Below, in pieces: positions 45,237 to 56,517 of a stretch of DNA of 64,000 nucleotides. Source of the stretch: Candidatus Aenigmatarchaeota archaeon (lineage in GTDB: Archaea; Aenigmatarchaeota; Aenigmatarchaeia; CG10238-14; SCSR01). The position numbers and the translations under genes are program-made. Location: NCBI GenBank assembly GCA_016213525.1, contig JACRAE010000005.1, forward strand, positions 17,405 through 81,404, in the 5' to 3' direction. The notes under the pieces were generated by a model. That model worked only from the letters and a program-made list of their open reading frames with translations. It did not search any database and was not told the DNA's origin. The first letter of the stretch is position 1. Every line of letters starts with the position of its first letter.

Positions 45237-45878
45237 ATGTCTTCCCAAATTACATGTATGTTAGAATTGGTTGGTCCCCTGTTTTCGGGTCTGGCTGAAT
45301 CGAGTTTCCTGAGCATGATGTCATTCACAGCCGGTCTCGTGATTTACGCGATTTTTATATGGCACTTCCATAGGTATGTAAGCACAAGGGACGTGTTCAG
45401 GTGGGACACAGAAAAATATGAGAGGTCCGGAGCACTCGGGAAGCTCGGCCATGGAATCGCCTACCTGGTCAAGTATCTGATAGCGTATCCGGTCCTGGTG
45501 TTCGTCTGGTTCGGCGTCTTCGCTGCTTTCATGTTCGTCCTCGGAGGGAGCTTCCAAGTTCAGACTATATTATTGGTATCGTTCGCCCTGGTCACAGCCA
45601 TAAGGATATGCTCCTACTACAAGGAGGAGCTGGCAGTCGAGCTCGCGAAGATCGTGCCGTTCAGCATACTCGCGGCCTTCGTCCTGCAGCCGTCCGCATT
45701 CAACTTCGACGCGACTCAGAAGGTGTTCGAGCTGGGGTCCTTCCTGGGCGACATCTTGAGCTTCATGATATTCTCGGTTTTCGCCGAGTGGGTCATAAGG
45801 ATAGCCTGGTCCATAAAGAGGAAGCTGGCGCCCCACGTCCATCCGGAGCTCGACATAGTCGAGAGATTCGGCCGCTGA
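45237..45878 (+). CDS. Hypothetical multi-pass membrane protein (213 aa)
   Basis: 5-6 hydrophobic spans. Confidence 0.55.
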   Translation: MSSQITCMLELVGPLFSGLAESSFLSMMSFTAGLVIYAIFIWHFHRYVSTRDVFRWDTEKYERSGALGKLGHGIAYLVKYLIAYPVLVFVWFGVFAAFMFVLGGSFQVQTILLVSFALVTAIRICSYYKEELAVELAKIVPFSILAAFVLQPSAFNFDATQKVFELGSFLGDILSFMIFSVFAEWVIRIAWSIKRKLAPHVHPELDIVERFGR

Positions 45879-45923
45879 CACGGATTGGAAATCTTTAAGG
45901 TCAAAAAACACGAATTTTATATC

Positions 45924-46070
45924 ATGTCAAAGAAGAAATGCGTCCAGTGCGGCAAGGAGACGGAGAAGTGGACCCTCAGGCAGGGGAAGCCGTTCTGCTC
46001 GCAAGCCTGCGTCAAGAAGTACGGGGAGAAGCACGGAAGCAAGAAGTCGGACGTGTGTGAATTTTGCTAG
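45924..46070 (+). CDS. TRASH-like zinc/metal-binding micro-protein (48 aa)
   Basis: MSKKKCVQCGKETEKWTLRQGKPFCSQACVKKY fits C-x2-C-x(~20)-FCSxxC. Additional C-terminal CEFC. Confidence 0.55.
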   Translation: MSKKKCVQCGKETEKWTLRQGKPFCSQACVKKYGEKHGSKKSDVCEFC

Positions 46071-46804
46071 ACGGAATAGCCCTCGAGGAGTCGATAAGGA
46101 ACATATCGTTCCAGCTGATTCTTCTGGCGACGCTGGTGATAACAGTCGTGGTTTTGGTGTCGTTCTTCCACAAGAGGAAGGGTGAGAAGGAGAAGATAGT
46201 CCTCTTCCTTGCCATACTCGTGTCTTCCGTTTCGGTCACAGTTTTCATGTCCGCGTCAACGGTCTACATAAACACTATATCCGAGACGGGCGGCCCGATA
46301 CACTGGCACGCCGACTTCGAGATATGGAAGTGCGGCCAGAAGCTCAACGTGATGGACCCTACCGGCATAGAGAACCGGATTGGGACTCCGCTTCTACACG
46401 AGCACAACGACGACAGGATGCACGTGGAGGGCACGGTGGTGAGGAAGTCCGAGCTTAACATGGGTAAGTTCTTCCAGGTAATCGGCGGCCACATATCAAA
46501 CAGCGATTTCTTCATACCGACCAACAGCGGCGTAGTGGGCGCGACTAACGGCGACCTGTGCGACGGCAAGGTCGGGAAGCTGCAGGCCTTCGTTTACAGG
46601 GTCACGAACCCCGACGAGTTGAAGAGGTGGAAGTTCGTGCAGGAAAAGGTCGGCGACATACCAAGCCACGTCCTGTCGCCTTACAGCCTAATACCACCCG
46701 GAGACTGCATAATCATAGAGTTTGGCGAGGAGAAGGATACGACCGAGCACATGTGCGAGACCACCAGGATATCCATTCAGAGAGGTGAATTGAGTGGCGG
46801 TTGA
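46064..46804 (+). CDS. Membrane-anchored extracytoplasmic His/Cys-rich protein of unknown function
   Basis: Two N-terminal TM spans. GPIHWHADFEIWKCGQ ... LLHEHNDDRMHVEG. TTG start overlaps the upstream stop. Confidence 0.6.
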   Translation: MLDGIALEESIRNISFQLILLATLVITVVVLVSFFHKRKGEKEKIVLFLAILVSSVSVTVFMSASTVYINTISETGGPIHWHADFEIWKCGQKLNVMDPTGIENRIGTPLLHEHNDDRMHVEGTVVRKSELNMGKFFQVIGGHISNSDFFIPTNSGVVGATNGDLCDGKVGKLQAFVYRVTNPDELKRWKFVQEKVGDIPSHVLSPYSLIPPGDCIIIEFGEEKDTTEHMCETTRISIQRGELSGG

Positions 46805-47504
46805 GGCCTTCCTTCCGTCGATTGGCATCGTTACGACGACCGCCGTAATAGATTCCATCAACCCCTGCGCCATAGGTGTCCTGATTCTGATGATTTCCGT
46901 CCTCATGTCCGGTAAGCATGGGGTCAGGAAGATGCTCGTGTTGGGCGGGCTCTACATAGCCGCAATTTTTGTAACTTATCTCGCGGCCGGGCTTGGCCTC
47001 CTCTACTTCCTCACGAACCTACCGCTGGCTATAACGGAGTACATCTCAATCGGAGTCGGGACCCTGATTATATTTGCGGGAATGCTGGAGGTGAAGGACT
47101 ACTTCTGGTATGGCCGAGGATTCTCGCTCACCATACCGCACCAAGTCACGGACAAGATACACGACCTGACCAAGAACGTGACCATACCGGGCGTGATAAT
47201 TCTGGGCTGCTTCGTGGCTGCGGTGGAGCTGCCCTGCACCGGCGCCCCGTATCTGGCCATAATCACGCTACTGTCCCAGTACTTCGACTTCACCGCGCTT
47301 CTGCTGCTGATCTACTACAATGTGATATTCGTGATGCCGCTGATAGTCATATTGGTGCTTGTGGCGTTCGGTATGAAGCTCCACAAGGTGAAGAAGTGGA
47401 AGCAGGATTACAGGGGCTTCATGAGGCTGCTCATAGGACTGATGCTGATAGGCATGGGATGGCTCCTGATAGCCATATCCAACAACATGATAAACTTCGG
47501 GTGA
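46794..47504 (+). CDS. CcdA/DsbD-family thiol-disulfide transmembrane electron transporter
   Basis: INPCAIGVL and ELPCTGAPY Cys motifs in TM1 and TM4. 6 TM spans. Confidence 0.75.
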   Translation: MAVEAFLPSIGIVTTTAVIDSINPCAIGVLILMISVLMSGKHGVRKMLVLGGLYIAAIFVTYLAAGLGLLYFLTNLPLAITEYISIGVGTLIIFAGMLEVKDYFWYGRGFSLTIPHQVTDKIHDLTKNVTIPGVIILGCFVAAVELPCTGAPYLAIITLLSQYFDFTALLLLIYYNVIFVMPLIVILVLVAFGMKLHKVKKWKQDYRGFMRLLIGLMLIGMGWLLIAISNNMINFG

Positions 47505-47508
47505 AAAC

Positions 47509-47784
47509 ATGGCTCAAACGCACATAGTGAAAAGGAAGGGTCGCAAGGAGAGGTTCGACGAGAGGAAGATCTATCTGTCGTGCTTCGCGTCCTGCAGGGT
47601 CGTCGGCATACCCGACAAGCAGAACGAGAAGATATGTGGTTCAGTGGTGAAGAGCGTCAGGGCCTGGGTCAAGAACAAGCGCGAGGTCAGGTCTAAGGAC
47701 ATAATGAAGTTCGTCGTATCATCTCTCAGGAAACACGACAAGGACGCCGCGTTCATGTACGAGACCCACAAGGACATAGGCTAG
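47509..47784 (+). CDS. Stand-alone ATP-cone domain protein (91 aa)
   Basis: HIVKRKGRKERFDERKIYLSCFASC... has the typical ATP-cone start. Confidence 0.65.
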   Translation: MAQTHIVKRKGRKERFDERKIYLSCFASCRVVGIPDKQNEKICGSVVKSVRAWVKNKREVRSKDIMKFVVSSLRKHDKDAAFMYETHKDIG

Positions 47785-50396
47785 GGCTTCTTCCTGAAAA
47801 TCTCGCGGTCGAACACTTCCGGCACTATTAGGAACGCGACGCTCGAGAGGCCGAACACCATCACCCAATCTTCGATTGTCAGAGGCACCGTCTCGAAAAC
47901 CTCCTCCAGTACACTGGTCTGCACCACGGCCACCTGAAGTATTATCGAGGAAGCAGCCGCCAGAAGGAGCCACTTGTTGTTTATCGGGTTCATTCTGAAC
48001 ACCCCCCTGGTCTCAGAGCGGCAGTTGAAAACTAGGAAGATCTCGAATATCACCATCGTGGAGAAGGCCATCGTCCTGGACTTCTCAATCCCCTGGGGCA
48101 GGGCAATCATGAACGCCGCCATCGTCACAGCGAATATTGTGATTCCTGACGCGATGACGAACAGCCAGTCGTTGTCGAGTATCTTCTCCTTCGGGCTCCT
48201 GGGTCTGCGCTTCATCACGTCCTTCTCCTTCGGGTCCATTCCCAGAGCCAGTGCGGGCAAACCGTCGGTCACGAGGTTCATCCAGAGGAGCTGAACCGGC
48301 AGCAGGGTGGGCAGCAGCGCCGGCCCGAAGCCTATGACCATGGGTATGGTGATGAATAGGACCTCTCCTGTGTTTGCAGCCATCAGATATTTGATGAACT
48401 TCTTTATGTTGTCGTATATCCCTCTGCCCTCCTCCACCGCCGAGACTATGGAGGAGAAGTTGTCGTCCAAAAGAACCATGCTAGAAGCCTCCTTTGCAAC
48501 GTCGCTGCCTTTTATTCCCATCGCGACGCCGATCTCCGCGGACTTGAGCGCCGGCGCGTCGTTGACGCCGTCCCCGCTAACCGCGACTATGTGGCCCAGA
48601 GACTTCAGCTTCTTGACTATCCTCAGCTTGTGGTCGGGGGATATCCTCGCGAATATGTCCATCGTTTTCACCTTGGCCTCGAACTCCTTCTCGTCCATGG
48701 AGTCGATGTCCTCGCCGCTGACCGCGTCGCCCTCGAGCCCGACCTCGTTCGCGATTGCCCTTGCGGTTATCTTGTGGTCGCCGGTCAGCATTATCGTCCT
48801 TATGCCAGCCTGCTTGCAGACCGCTATCGCCTCCTTCGTCTCCTTGCTCGGGGGGTCAATCATGGCGACGAGGCCCACGAAGTGCATGTCCTTCTCCACG
48901 CTTTCCTCCTTGTAGCCCCTCCCGAGCCTCTTGTAGGACATCCCGAGCACCCTCATGCCGTTCGATGCGAACCTATGGACAGCCTCCATCGCCCTCTCCT
49001 TCTCAGCCCTCGTCATCTTGCAAGAGGCGAGGATTACCTCGGGCGCGCCCTTCGAGTACGCGAAGACCTCCGTCCCGACCCAGTTTATGGTTGTCATCCT
49101 CTTCCTGAAAGACGAGAACGGCAGCTCGCCGACCCTCTTATAATCGTCCTTCATCCTCGCTTTGTCTGCCAACACCACGAGAGCGCCCTCCGTCGGGTCG
49201 CCTATGACCTTCCACGAGCCCTCGTTCTTCATTATCGCGTTATTGCAGAGCCTGCCAACGCGGACCAGCATCGCGGCGCTCGGATACGAAGTTATGTCGA
49301 TTTTCTTGCCGTCGATGGTGAAGTCGCCCTTGGGCTCGAATCCGACGCCAGACACGTCAGCTTCCTTGCCGCCGAACCAGATTTTCCTGACGGTCATCTC
49401 GTTAGTGGTCATGGTGCCGGTCTTGTCCGAGCATATGACGTCGGCCGAGCCGAGAGCTTCGACCGAGGCGAGCCTCCTGACCACCGCGTTCCTCTTCAGC
49501 ATCCTCTGAGTTCCTATGGACAGAGTCAGCGCCGTGACCGCCGGGAGGCCCTCCGGTATCACCGCCACGGCGAGGCTGACCGCGGTGAGGAATATCAGGA
49601 ACGGCTCGAGGCCGTTCATCAGGCCCACCACAAAAATAACCGACGCTATGCCGAGCGATATCTTGCCTATCGTGAGGCCGAATACGTCCATCTTCTTCTG
49701 GAGCGGCGTAGGCTCCTCCTCCTCCTGGACGAGGGACGCTATCCTCCCGAGCTCCGTCTTCATCCCGGTGCTGACCACTATGCCCTTTCCCCTACCGGAC
49801 ACGACTAGGGTACCCATGAATCCCATGTTGGTCCTGTCACCTATCGCCATCTCACCTTCCTTCTTTTCGACGGTCTTGCTGACCGGCACGGACTCCCCGG
49901 TAAGGGCGGACTCGTCTATCCTGAGTCCCGTGACCTCCATCATCCTCATGTCGGCGGGAATCCTGTCGCCCTCCTCGACCGAGACTATGTCGCCAGGCAC
50001 GAGTTCTTCGGCAGAGACTTGGAGCGGTTTGCCGTCCCTAGTCACGATTATCTTCGAGACTATCATTTTCCTCAGGGCCTCAATCGCCCTCTCGGCCTTG
50101 TATTCCTGGTGGAAACCGAGGGCAGCGTTCAGGACGACTATTATTCCTATGGCAGCTGCGTCGGACGCCTCCCCGAGCACGAGCGAGACGATTGCGGCTA
50201 TGATAAGGACTATTACCAGGACGCTCCTGAACTGTTCGATGAACATCCTAGCAGGGGATTTTTTTGGCTTCCTCACGAGCCTGTTCGGTCCGTTCTTTTT
50301 CAGCCTGGCAGCCGCTTCCTCCTTGGACAGACCGTGCGGCGACGTCTTCAGGCTGGACATCAGAAGTCCGAAGTCAGTGTTATACCAGCTAGCCAT
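47781..50396 (-). CDS. P-type cation-transporting ATPase (type II, Ca2+/Na+-like)
   Basis: TGES (LTGESVPV), phosphorylation site ICSDKTGTMT, MLTGDHKITA, VSGDGVNDAPAL. 871 aa with ~10 TMs. Confidence 0.9.
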   Translation of the reverse strand: MASWYNTDFGLLMSSLKTSPHGLSKEEAAARLKKNGPNRLVRKPKKSPARMFIEQFRSVLVIVLIIAAIVSLVLGEASDAAAIGIIVVLNAALGFHQEYKAERAIEALRKMIVSKIIVTRDGKPLQVSAEELVPGDIVSVEEGDRIPADMRMMEVTGLRIDESALTGESVPVSKTVEKKEGEMAIGDRTNMGFMGTLVVSGRGKGIVVSTGMKTELGRIASLVQEEEEPTPLQKKMDVFGLTIGKISLGIASVIFVVGLMNGLEPFLIFLTAVSLAVAVIPEGLPAVTALTLSIGTQRMLKRNAVVRRLASVEALGSADVICSDKTGTMTTNEMTVRKIWFGGKEADVSGVGFEPKGDFTIDGKKIDITSYPSAAMLVRVGRLCNNAIMKNEGSWKVIGDPTEGALVVLADKARMKDDYKRVGELPFSSFRKRMTTINWVGTEVFAYSKGAPEVILASCKMTRAEKERAMEAVHRFASNGMRVLGMSYKRLGRGYKEESVEKDMHFVGLVAMIDPPSKETKEAIAVCKQAGIRTIMLTGDHKITARAIANEVGLEGDAVSGEDIDSMDEKEFEAKVKTMDIFARISPDHKLRIVKKLKSLGHIVAVSGDGVNDAPALKSAEIGVAMGIKGSDVAKEASSMVLLDDNFSSIVSAVEEGRGIYDNIKKFIKYLMAANTGEVLFITIPMVIGFGPALLPTLLPVQLLWMNLVTDGLPALALGMDPKEKDVMKRRPRSPKEKILDNDWLFVIASGITIFAVTMAAFMIALPQGIEKSRTMAFSTMVIFEIFLVFNCRSETRGVFRMNPINNKWLLLAAASSIILQVAVVQTSVLEEVFETVPLTIEDWVMVFGLSSVAFLIVPEVFDREIFRKKP

Positions 50397-50463
50397 CGAT
50401 TAGAATTCGGTTTCGATTGGCTTAAAAAAGGAAAAATTGGGAAAAAACCCGCTCGCGCGGCCC

Positions 50464-50553
50464 TCACTTGGCGTGAGTCTCCCTTACGTGCTTGAGGAAC
50501 CCCTTCTTCTCTGGGAATCCCTGATTGCACGACGTGCATTTGAATTCGTCCAT
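50464..50553 (-). CDS. 29-aa single classical C2H2 zinc-finger micro-protein (not in the ORF track)
   Basis: My translation MDEFKCTSCNQGFPEKKGFLKHVRETHAK fits F-x-C-x2-C-x3-F-x5-F-x2-H-x4-H. Confidence 0.5.
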   Translation of the reverse strand: MDEFKCTSCNQGFPEKKGFLKHVRETHAK

Positions 50554-50711
50554 GTGATATCACCTAACCATCCGTTCTTCCCGTGGATAATAAGCGTTCC
50601 CTTGATTTTCAGTGCTTTTCGGGCGGCTTTTGCCAAATAAATCACCTTTCCCAGTGCCAGATCCGAATAGCATGAGAATCTTTATTACACTTGCGGGCTA
50701 CATTACTGTTA

Positions 50712-51272
50712 ATGGAGAAGGAAAGGCCTATTGGGCAGAGGCTGACGATTTTTTTGATTTTGGCCGTCGTGCTGGGGGGAATGTGGCTCGTCGGTACGAG
50801 CGGGATTAACACTGGTCTCACGTCCGGCACCCTCGTTACGAAGACGATTCTCAACGTCGACCTGAAGTCGGAGGACATAGGGCCCATTTACATAGGCGGC
50901 GGGGATCCGGAGACGCAGACTCTCACGTTCTCGTTCAGCGGCCACGACAAGGGCAGCGACTCCCTGAATCTGCACTCGGCCGGCGGCGGCACGGTGATAA
51001 TTTTCGAGAAGTCCGAGTTCGACAGGTTCGTTGAGCTCACCGGATGCTGCCCGGTCACGTCATTCTCGCCGGAGGACCTCGTCGGATACAAGATTCTTGC
51101 GGCCTCGTCGGGTCAGAACAACATGGTTACGCTCCACTACTCGCCGCTCGTCGAGGAGAACGTCGTGATATGGTCGCCCACGCCCAACGTCATCTGGGGC
51201 AAGCGCACCTGGACAGAGACAAATATCCGCCTGGCAATAGGCGGCGGCAAGGAAAAAGACAGGGCCAGGTAG
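50712..51272 (+). CDS. Hypothetical signal-anchored protein (186 aa from ATG)
   Basis: N-terminal TM LTIFLILAVVLGGMWLVG. The rest is beta-rich and unrecognised. Confidence 0.5.
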   Translation: MEKERPIGQRLTIFLILAVVLGGMWLVGTSGINTGLTSGTLVTKTILNVDLKSEDIGPIYIGGGDPETQTLTFSFSGHDKGSDSLNLHSAGGGTVIIFEKSEFDRFVELTGCCPVTSFSPEDLVGYKILAASSGQNNMVTLHYSPLVEENVVIWSPTPNVIWGKRTWTETNIRLAIGGGKEKDRAR

Positions 51273-51319
51273 AGTCTCAATCGAGAAGGCGCACGAAAGG
51301 CTCGCCAATATTTTCTGAG

Positions 51320-51394
51320 TGGACCGGACGGGATTTGAACCCGCAGCCTCCCGCTTGCAAAGCGGGCGTTATAACCAGGTTTAACTACCGGCCC
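51320..51394 (-). tRNA. tRNA-Ala (anticodon TGC)
   Basis: Hand-folded. Acceptor GGGCCGG/CCGGTCC with G3:U70, anticodon arm CCCGC-TTTGCAA-GCGGG, T loop TTCAAAT, discriminator A. Confidence 0.9.
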
Positions 51395-51446
51395 GAATGG
51401 CTAATGTAATTAGGTGGCGGCTGGATTTTAAATAAGGCGGCGGGGC

Positions 51447-51989
51447 TCACTTGTCTTCCAGGAGCTCGGGCCTGAGAGCATGGTAGCGCTTCGCGTACTT
51501 GTCGTTCGACAGGAAGAGCGGCGGCTGGTTCTTCGTCCTGTGCGGGTCGCGCAGGCCGTCGTGCAGGTAGCTGCTGTCCTCCACCTCGAACAGGTCGAGG
51601 AGGTCGTTGTAGAGCTTGTGGACCGAGCAGTACCACTCAATCAGCTCCCTGTAGTACTCGTTCCTGTACTTGCTGAATATCACGTTCCTGAAGGTGCTGC
51701 TCTCCAGCTTGATCATCATCTGCAGGGTGTCGAGGTGTATGTGGAGTTTCTGGAGTATGAGGAACCTTGCCCTGTCGTTACCCTTCTTCAGCTTTACCGC
51801 TCCCCTGCTCTCCAGCACCTCTGCTAGGTTGTCGTCCACCATGTTGTATATCTCGCTGATTTGGCTCGAGAGGTTGAGTATGTTGCCCTCCTCCCTCGCT
51901 CTCTGGGAGCCCCTCCACCTCTCCATGAAGCCGACTATCGACAGGAACAGCGCGGTCACGGCCAACCAGTCAAAAATGAACTCTGCCAT
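51447..51989 (-). CDS. Hypothetical protein with an N-terminal TM span (180 aa)
   Basis: ORF only. Confidence 0.5.
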   Translation of the reverse strand: MAEFIFDWLAVTALFLSIVGFMERWRGSQRAREEGNILNLSSQISEIYNMVDDNLAEVLESRGAVKLKKGNDRARFLILQKLHIHLDTLQMMIKLESSTFRNVIFSKYRNEYYRELIEWYCSVHKLYNDLLDLFEVEDSSYLHDGLRDPHRTKNQPPLFLSNDKYAKRYHALRPELLEDK

Positions 51990-52014
51990 CGAAGAATAAT
52001 TCTCCGCCGAGACT

Positions 52015-52866
52015 TTAAAGTTTAGAGAACGCGAGCGCGAAGGCGCCCAATATGATGACTACTGCGCCCAGGACTATCTTGACGATGGTCTTCCTGTCCC
52101 TGACTTCCCTGAAGAAGAACAGGCCCCAGGCGACCGAGAACAGAAGGGCAAGCTGGGTGAGCGGGAATCCGACTGCTATGCCCAGAAGGGAAATCGCATA
52201 GAGGCCAAATATGTTCGCGATGCTCCACATTAGTCCGGACGTCAGGCCGGCGCCGACTTCAGGCATGGCAATCTTTCTGACCTTGGCGAAGAACATAGCC
52301 GCGCCGCCAATCGCTATGCCCGTTGCCATCGGGAATATGAAGTCGGCCGCCGGGACGTTGCCGAGCTTGGCGGGCACGAATATGGCGCCGAAGACCAGAC
52401 CAGCGACGACCGCGTACATTACGCCCGTCAAGTCGACCTTAACTTTCTTTTCCTTGCTGGCGGAGACCATCGGAAGGCCCAGCAAAATCAATGTTATCCC
52501 AGAGGCAGCGAAGAGAACACCGTTGGCTTGTTCCTGGAAGAACAGAGTGCCCCAGAGGAAGGACGTAAGTATCGATATTCCAAGTACCAGAGACATCCCT
52601 TTGGCGAGACCCAGTTTCTTAACTGCGAGTATGTTACAGACGTTGCCCACGCCCCATATCAGACCAGAAAATAGGCCGTATGGGTTGAGAGACAGCGACG
52701 CGCCCAGAATAAGTGCTATTAAGGTGCTGCTAGCAAGTACGCCGGCACATACGATGACGTGGTAGTGGAACGGGTCCGGGTTCTTCAGCCTCTTCATCGG
52801 GACGAACATCGAGCCCCACATCAGGGCTGCGATTGCCGCGGCAACGAAGCCGAAGAGCTCGTACAT
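52015..52866 (-). CDS. DMT-superfamily transporter, GRP (glucose/ribose uptake)/TMEM144-like
   Basis: 283 aa, ~10 TMs, N-terminus MYELFGFVAAAIAALMWGSMFVPMK. Confidence 0.6.
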   Translation of the reverse strand: MYELFGFVAAAIAALMWGSMFVPMKRLKNPDPFHYHVIVCAGVLASSTLIALILGASLSLNPYGLFSGLIWGVGNVCNILAVKKLGLAKGMSLVLGISILTSFLWGTLFFQEQANGVLFAASGITLILLGLPMVSASKEKKVKVDLTGVMYAVVAGLVFGAIFVPAKLGNVPAADFIFPMATGIAIGGAAMFFAKVRKIAMPEVGAGLTSGLMWSIANIFGLYAISLLGIAVGFPLTQLALLFSVAWGLFFFREVRDRKTIVKIVLGAVVIILGAFALAFSKL

Positions 52867-52926
52867 AAAATAAATCTCAGTGACACCTTACGTTTCTGTT
52901 AGTATCTTCCGGGCTGGAATTTGATG

Positions 52927-52942
52927 CCCAGAGGCAGCGACC
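52927..52942 (-). other. 3' half of the pre-16S processing stem
   Basis: cccagaggcagcgacc is complementary (1 mismatch) to 54531-54546. Confidence 0.7.
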
Positions 52943-52978
52943 TACCTTGCACATGAATTGTCTACACTCGTTAAAACG

Positions 52979-54526
<1,548 letters not shown>

Positions 54527-54530
54527 TGGC

Positions 54531-54546
54531 GGTCGCTGCCTCTAGG
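54531..54546 (-). other. 5' half of the pre-16S processing stem
   Basis: ggtcgctgcctctagg, the partner of 52927-52942. Confidence 0.7.
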
Positions 54547-54767
54547 TTTCATCCACCAGCCCGCGAAGGGCCAAACAAAAACACGAAAAATCGTGGTTTC
54601 TTTATTACCTATCCCGATTGCGACTCGGGACTTACGTTCGCTCGCCTTCTTAGAATGACTAGACTTCTTCAACCGCAGGCCTTTGGTGCCGCCAAAGGTC
54701 ACGTAGAAGTCTCAACGTACTTCCATGAGGCAGATAGTTTATTGAACAGGAGGATATTTAAGCGTTT

Positions 54768-55178
54768 TCAGAATCTTCCGGTGCCCGACTGGAGGTACTT
54801 TTCCATGTCGAGTATGCCCTGGAAGAACTCCTTCTTGCCCTCGTTGAAGTGGGTCTTCACCTTGCCGACCCCAGGTACCTCGACCAGCATGCCGTAGTTC
54901 TCCATGAAGTTCGTCAGGACGTCCACGGCCTCGGACTTGTCGACGTCGATGTTTATCATGTCCGGGAATATCTTGTATGCGTTCATAAAATTGGCGTGGT
55001 CCATCTGCATCGTGAAGGTGACGAGGATTGCATAGCCGCCGTAGAACTTCACCGTTATGTAGTTGCCGCCGAGTATCGATGTCTTGTCGGGCTTGTTGTA
55101 GGCGTCCTCTATCTGCTCCTTCGTCAGCCCGAAAACCGGCGCGAACTTCTCTATCATCTTGCTCCAGACTATCTGCAT
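54768..55178 (-). CDS. Hypothetical protein (136 aa)
   Basis: ORF only. Confidence 0.5.
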   Translation of the reverse strand: MQIVWSKMIEKFAPVFGLTKEQIEDAYNKPDKTSILGGNYITVKFYGGYAILVTFTMQMDHANFMNAYKIFPDMINIDVDKSEAVDVLTNFMENYGMLVEVPGVGKVKTHFNEGKKEFFQGILDMEKYLQSGTGRF

Positions 55179-55282
55179 TCAGTAGACTTGGTGGCGCATA
55201 TTAAAATATTTTTTGGCTGGTTTTCAGCCCGCGCACATCCATATAAAAAGCTTAGCTTCGATATCACCTTCAGGTAGTAAAC

Positions 55283-55849
55283 ATGTCCATGGCCAGCAAT
55301 CACCAGAGGAACAGGTTCAGGAACTCTGTGAACTATCTGAGGCAGGTAGAGAGCCTGTTTGGCGACACTTTTCATTATGACAGAGCCCAGATAGAGAACT
55401 TCTTAGACGACCAGGATGGGACCCAACGGCTCGAGCAAGACCTTACGACGAGGAACACCGGCGGAAGCAGCCTGAGTGAGAACCGCAGGAGGTTCCACGT
55501 TGGCCAATATAGGGAGGCTTTTGGGAGGGATGGGTCTAGAGCGAGGAGGATTGGTAGAAGTGTGGCGACCAAAATGGCTTCCTACGGCAGCCATACGGTA
55601 GGCGTCGTTTTTGGCGCAGTCGGAGTCCTTGCGGGGCTTGCATACACGGCTGGTATTGACTACACATCACCATCCCCCGTTTACCATCGTATTTTTGAGC
55701 AGACCATCCAAGATTACGTAACTCCGGCACTACAGACATTTGGCAGACACGCATTGGATGTGGTTGCCGGAGCTGGCATATTTTACATGGCAGGACGCGT
55801 AGCCAGAAGGGTCGTGTCCAACAGGTTCGGAAGTAATCGCGGACCATAG
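55283..55849 (+). CDS. Hypothetical protein with C-terminal hydrophobic spans (188 aa)
   Basis: ORF only. Gly/Ala-rich TM-like VGVVFGAVGVLAGLAY and VVAGAGIFYMAG. Confidence 0.45.
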   Translation: MSMASNHQRNRFRNSVNYLRQVESLFGDTFHYDRAQIENFLDDQDGTQRLEQDLTTRNTGGSSLSENRRRFHVGQYREAFGRDGSRARRIGRSVATKMASYGSHTVGVVFGAVGVLAGLAYTAGIDYTSPSPVYHRIFEQTIQDYVTPALQTFGRHALDVVAGAGIFYMAGRVARRVVSNRFGSNRGP

Positions 55850-55860
55850 GTAGGAAAAAT

Positions 55861-55936
55861 TGGTCCCGAGCCGGGATTTGAACCCGGCCATCCAGCTCCA
55901 CAGGCTAGTGCGCTACCAGGCTACGCTACTCGGGAC
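55861..55936 (-). tRNA. tRNA-His (anticodon GTG) with an encoded G-1
   Basis: Hand-folded. G-1 lies opposite C73, acceptor TCCCGAG/CTCGGGA, anticodon arm CTAGC-CTGTGGA-GCTGG, T arm CCGGG-TTCAAAT-CCCGG. Confidence 0.88.
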
Positions 55937-56002
55937 ATGCCTTGAATGGTAATCGTATTCTGTCGGTAAAGCTTTTATTAACTCCGACCCAATAATAAGT
56001 TA

Positions 56003-56458
56003 ATGACCAATGTGATGATCACTTGGGGACTCGTCTTCCTAATCGGCATGTTCGCCACGCATTACATAGGAGTGGACCCGTGGATTTCTTGGGTAGTGTG
56101 GCTGGCGGTGCTCTTTTTCGGCAACATAATCGTCGGCAAGATGATGGGCAAGGCCCCGCGAGAGATAACCCACATGTGGATGGTAGTGAACGTCCTCGGC
56201 GCGCTGATTACGATAGCGTTTTTGACTAACACCATAGCGTTCGAAGAGTCGAAGGTCATGGCGATATGGTTCTTCCTGATGGGAGCGGCCGTGTTCGCCG
56301 GTGCGCACCAGGCGAAAAACCCGGAGCAGATATTCATGGGTCTCCTGTGGATTGCGACGGGAATCGTGCTGCCGACGTGGTTCGCCGACTCGTCGTTCTT
56401 GATAGGCGGCTTGGTGTTCGGCCTGCCTCCCGTGATCGGCGGGCTTCTGAAAAAGTAG
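56003..56458 (+). CDS. Hypothetical 4-5 TM membrane protein (151 aa)
   Basis: Hydrophobic spans throughout. Confidence 0.55.
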   Translation: MTNVMITWGLVFLIGMFATHYIGVDPWISWVVWLAVLFFGNIIVGKMMGKAPREITHMWMVVNVLGALITIAFLTNTIAFEESKVMAIWFFLMGAAVFAGAHQAKNPEQIFMGLLWIATGIVLPTWFADSSFLIGGLVFGLPPVIGGLLKK

Positions 56459-56517
56459 GTCCGATATCCCGCTACTCTGATTGTTCAAGGGTGCCGTCTT
56501 AGTTTGAAGATTAGGGA

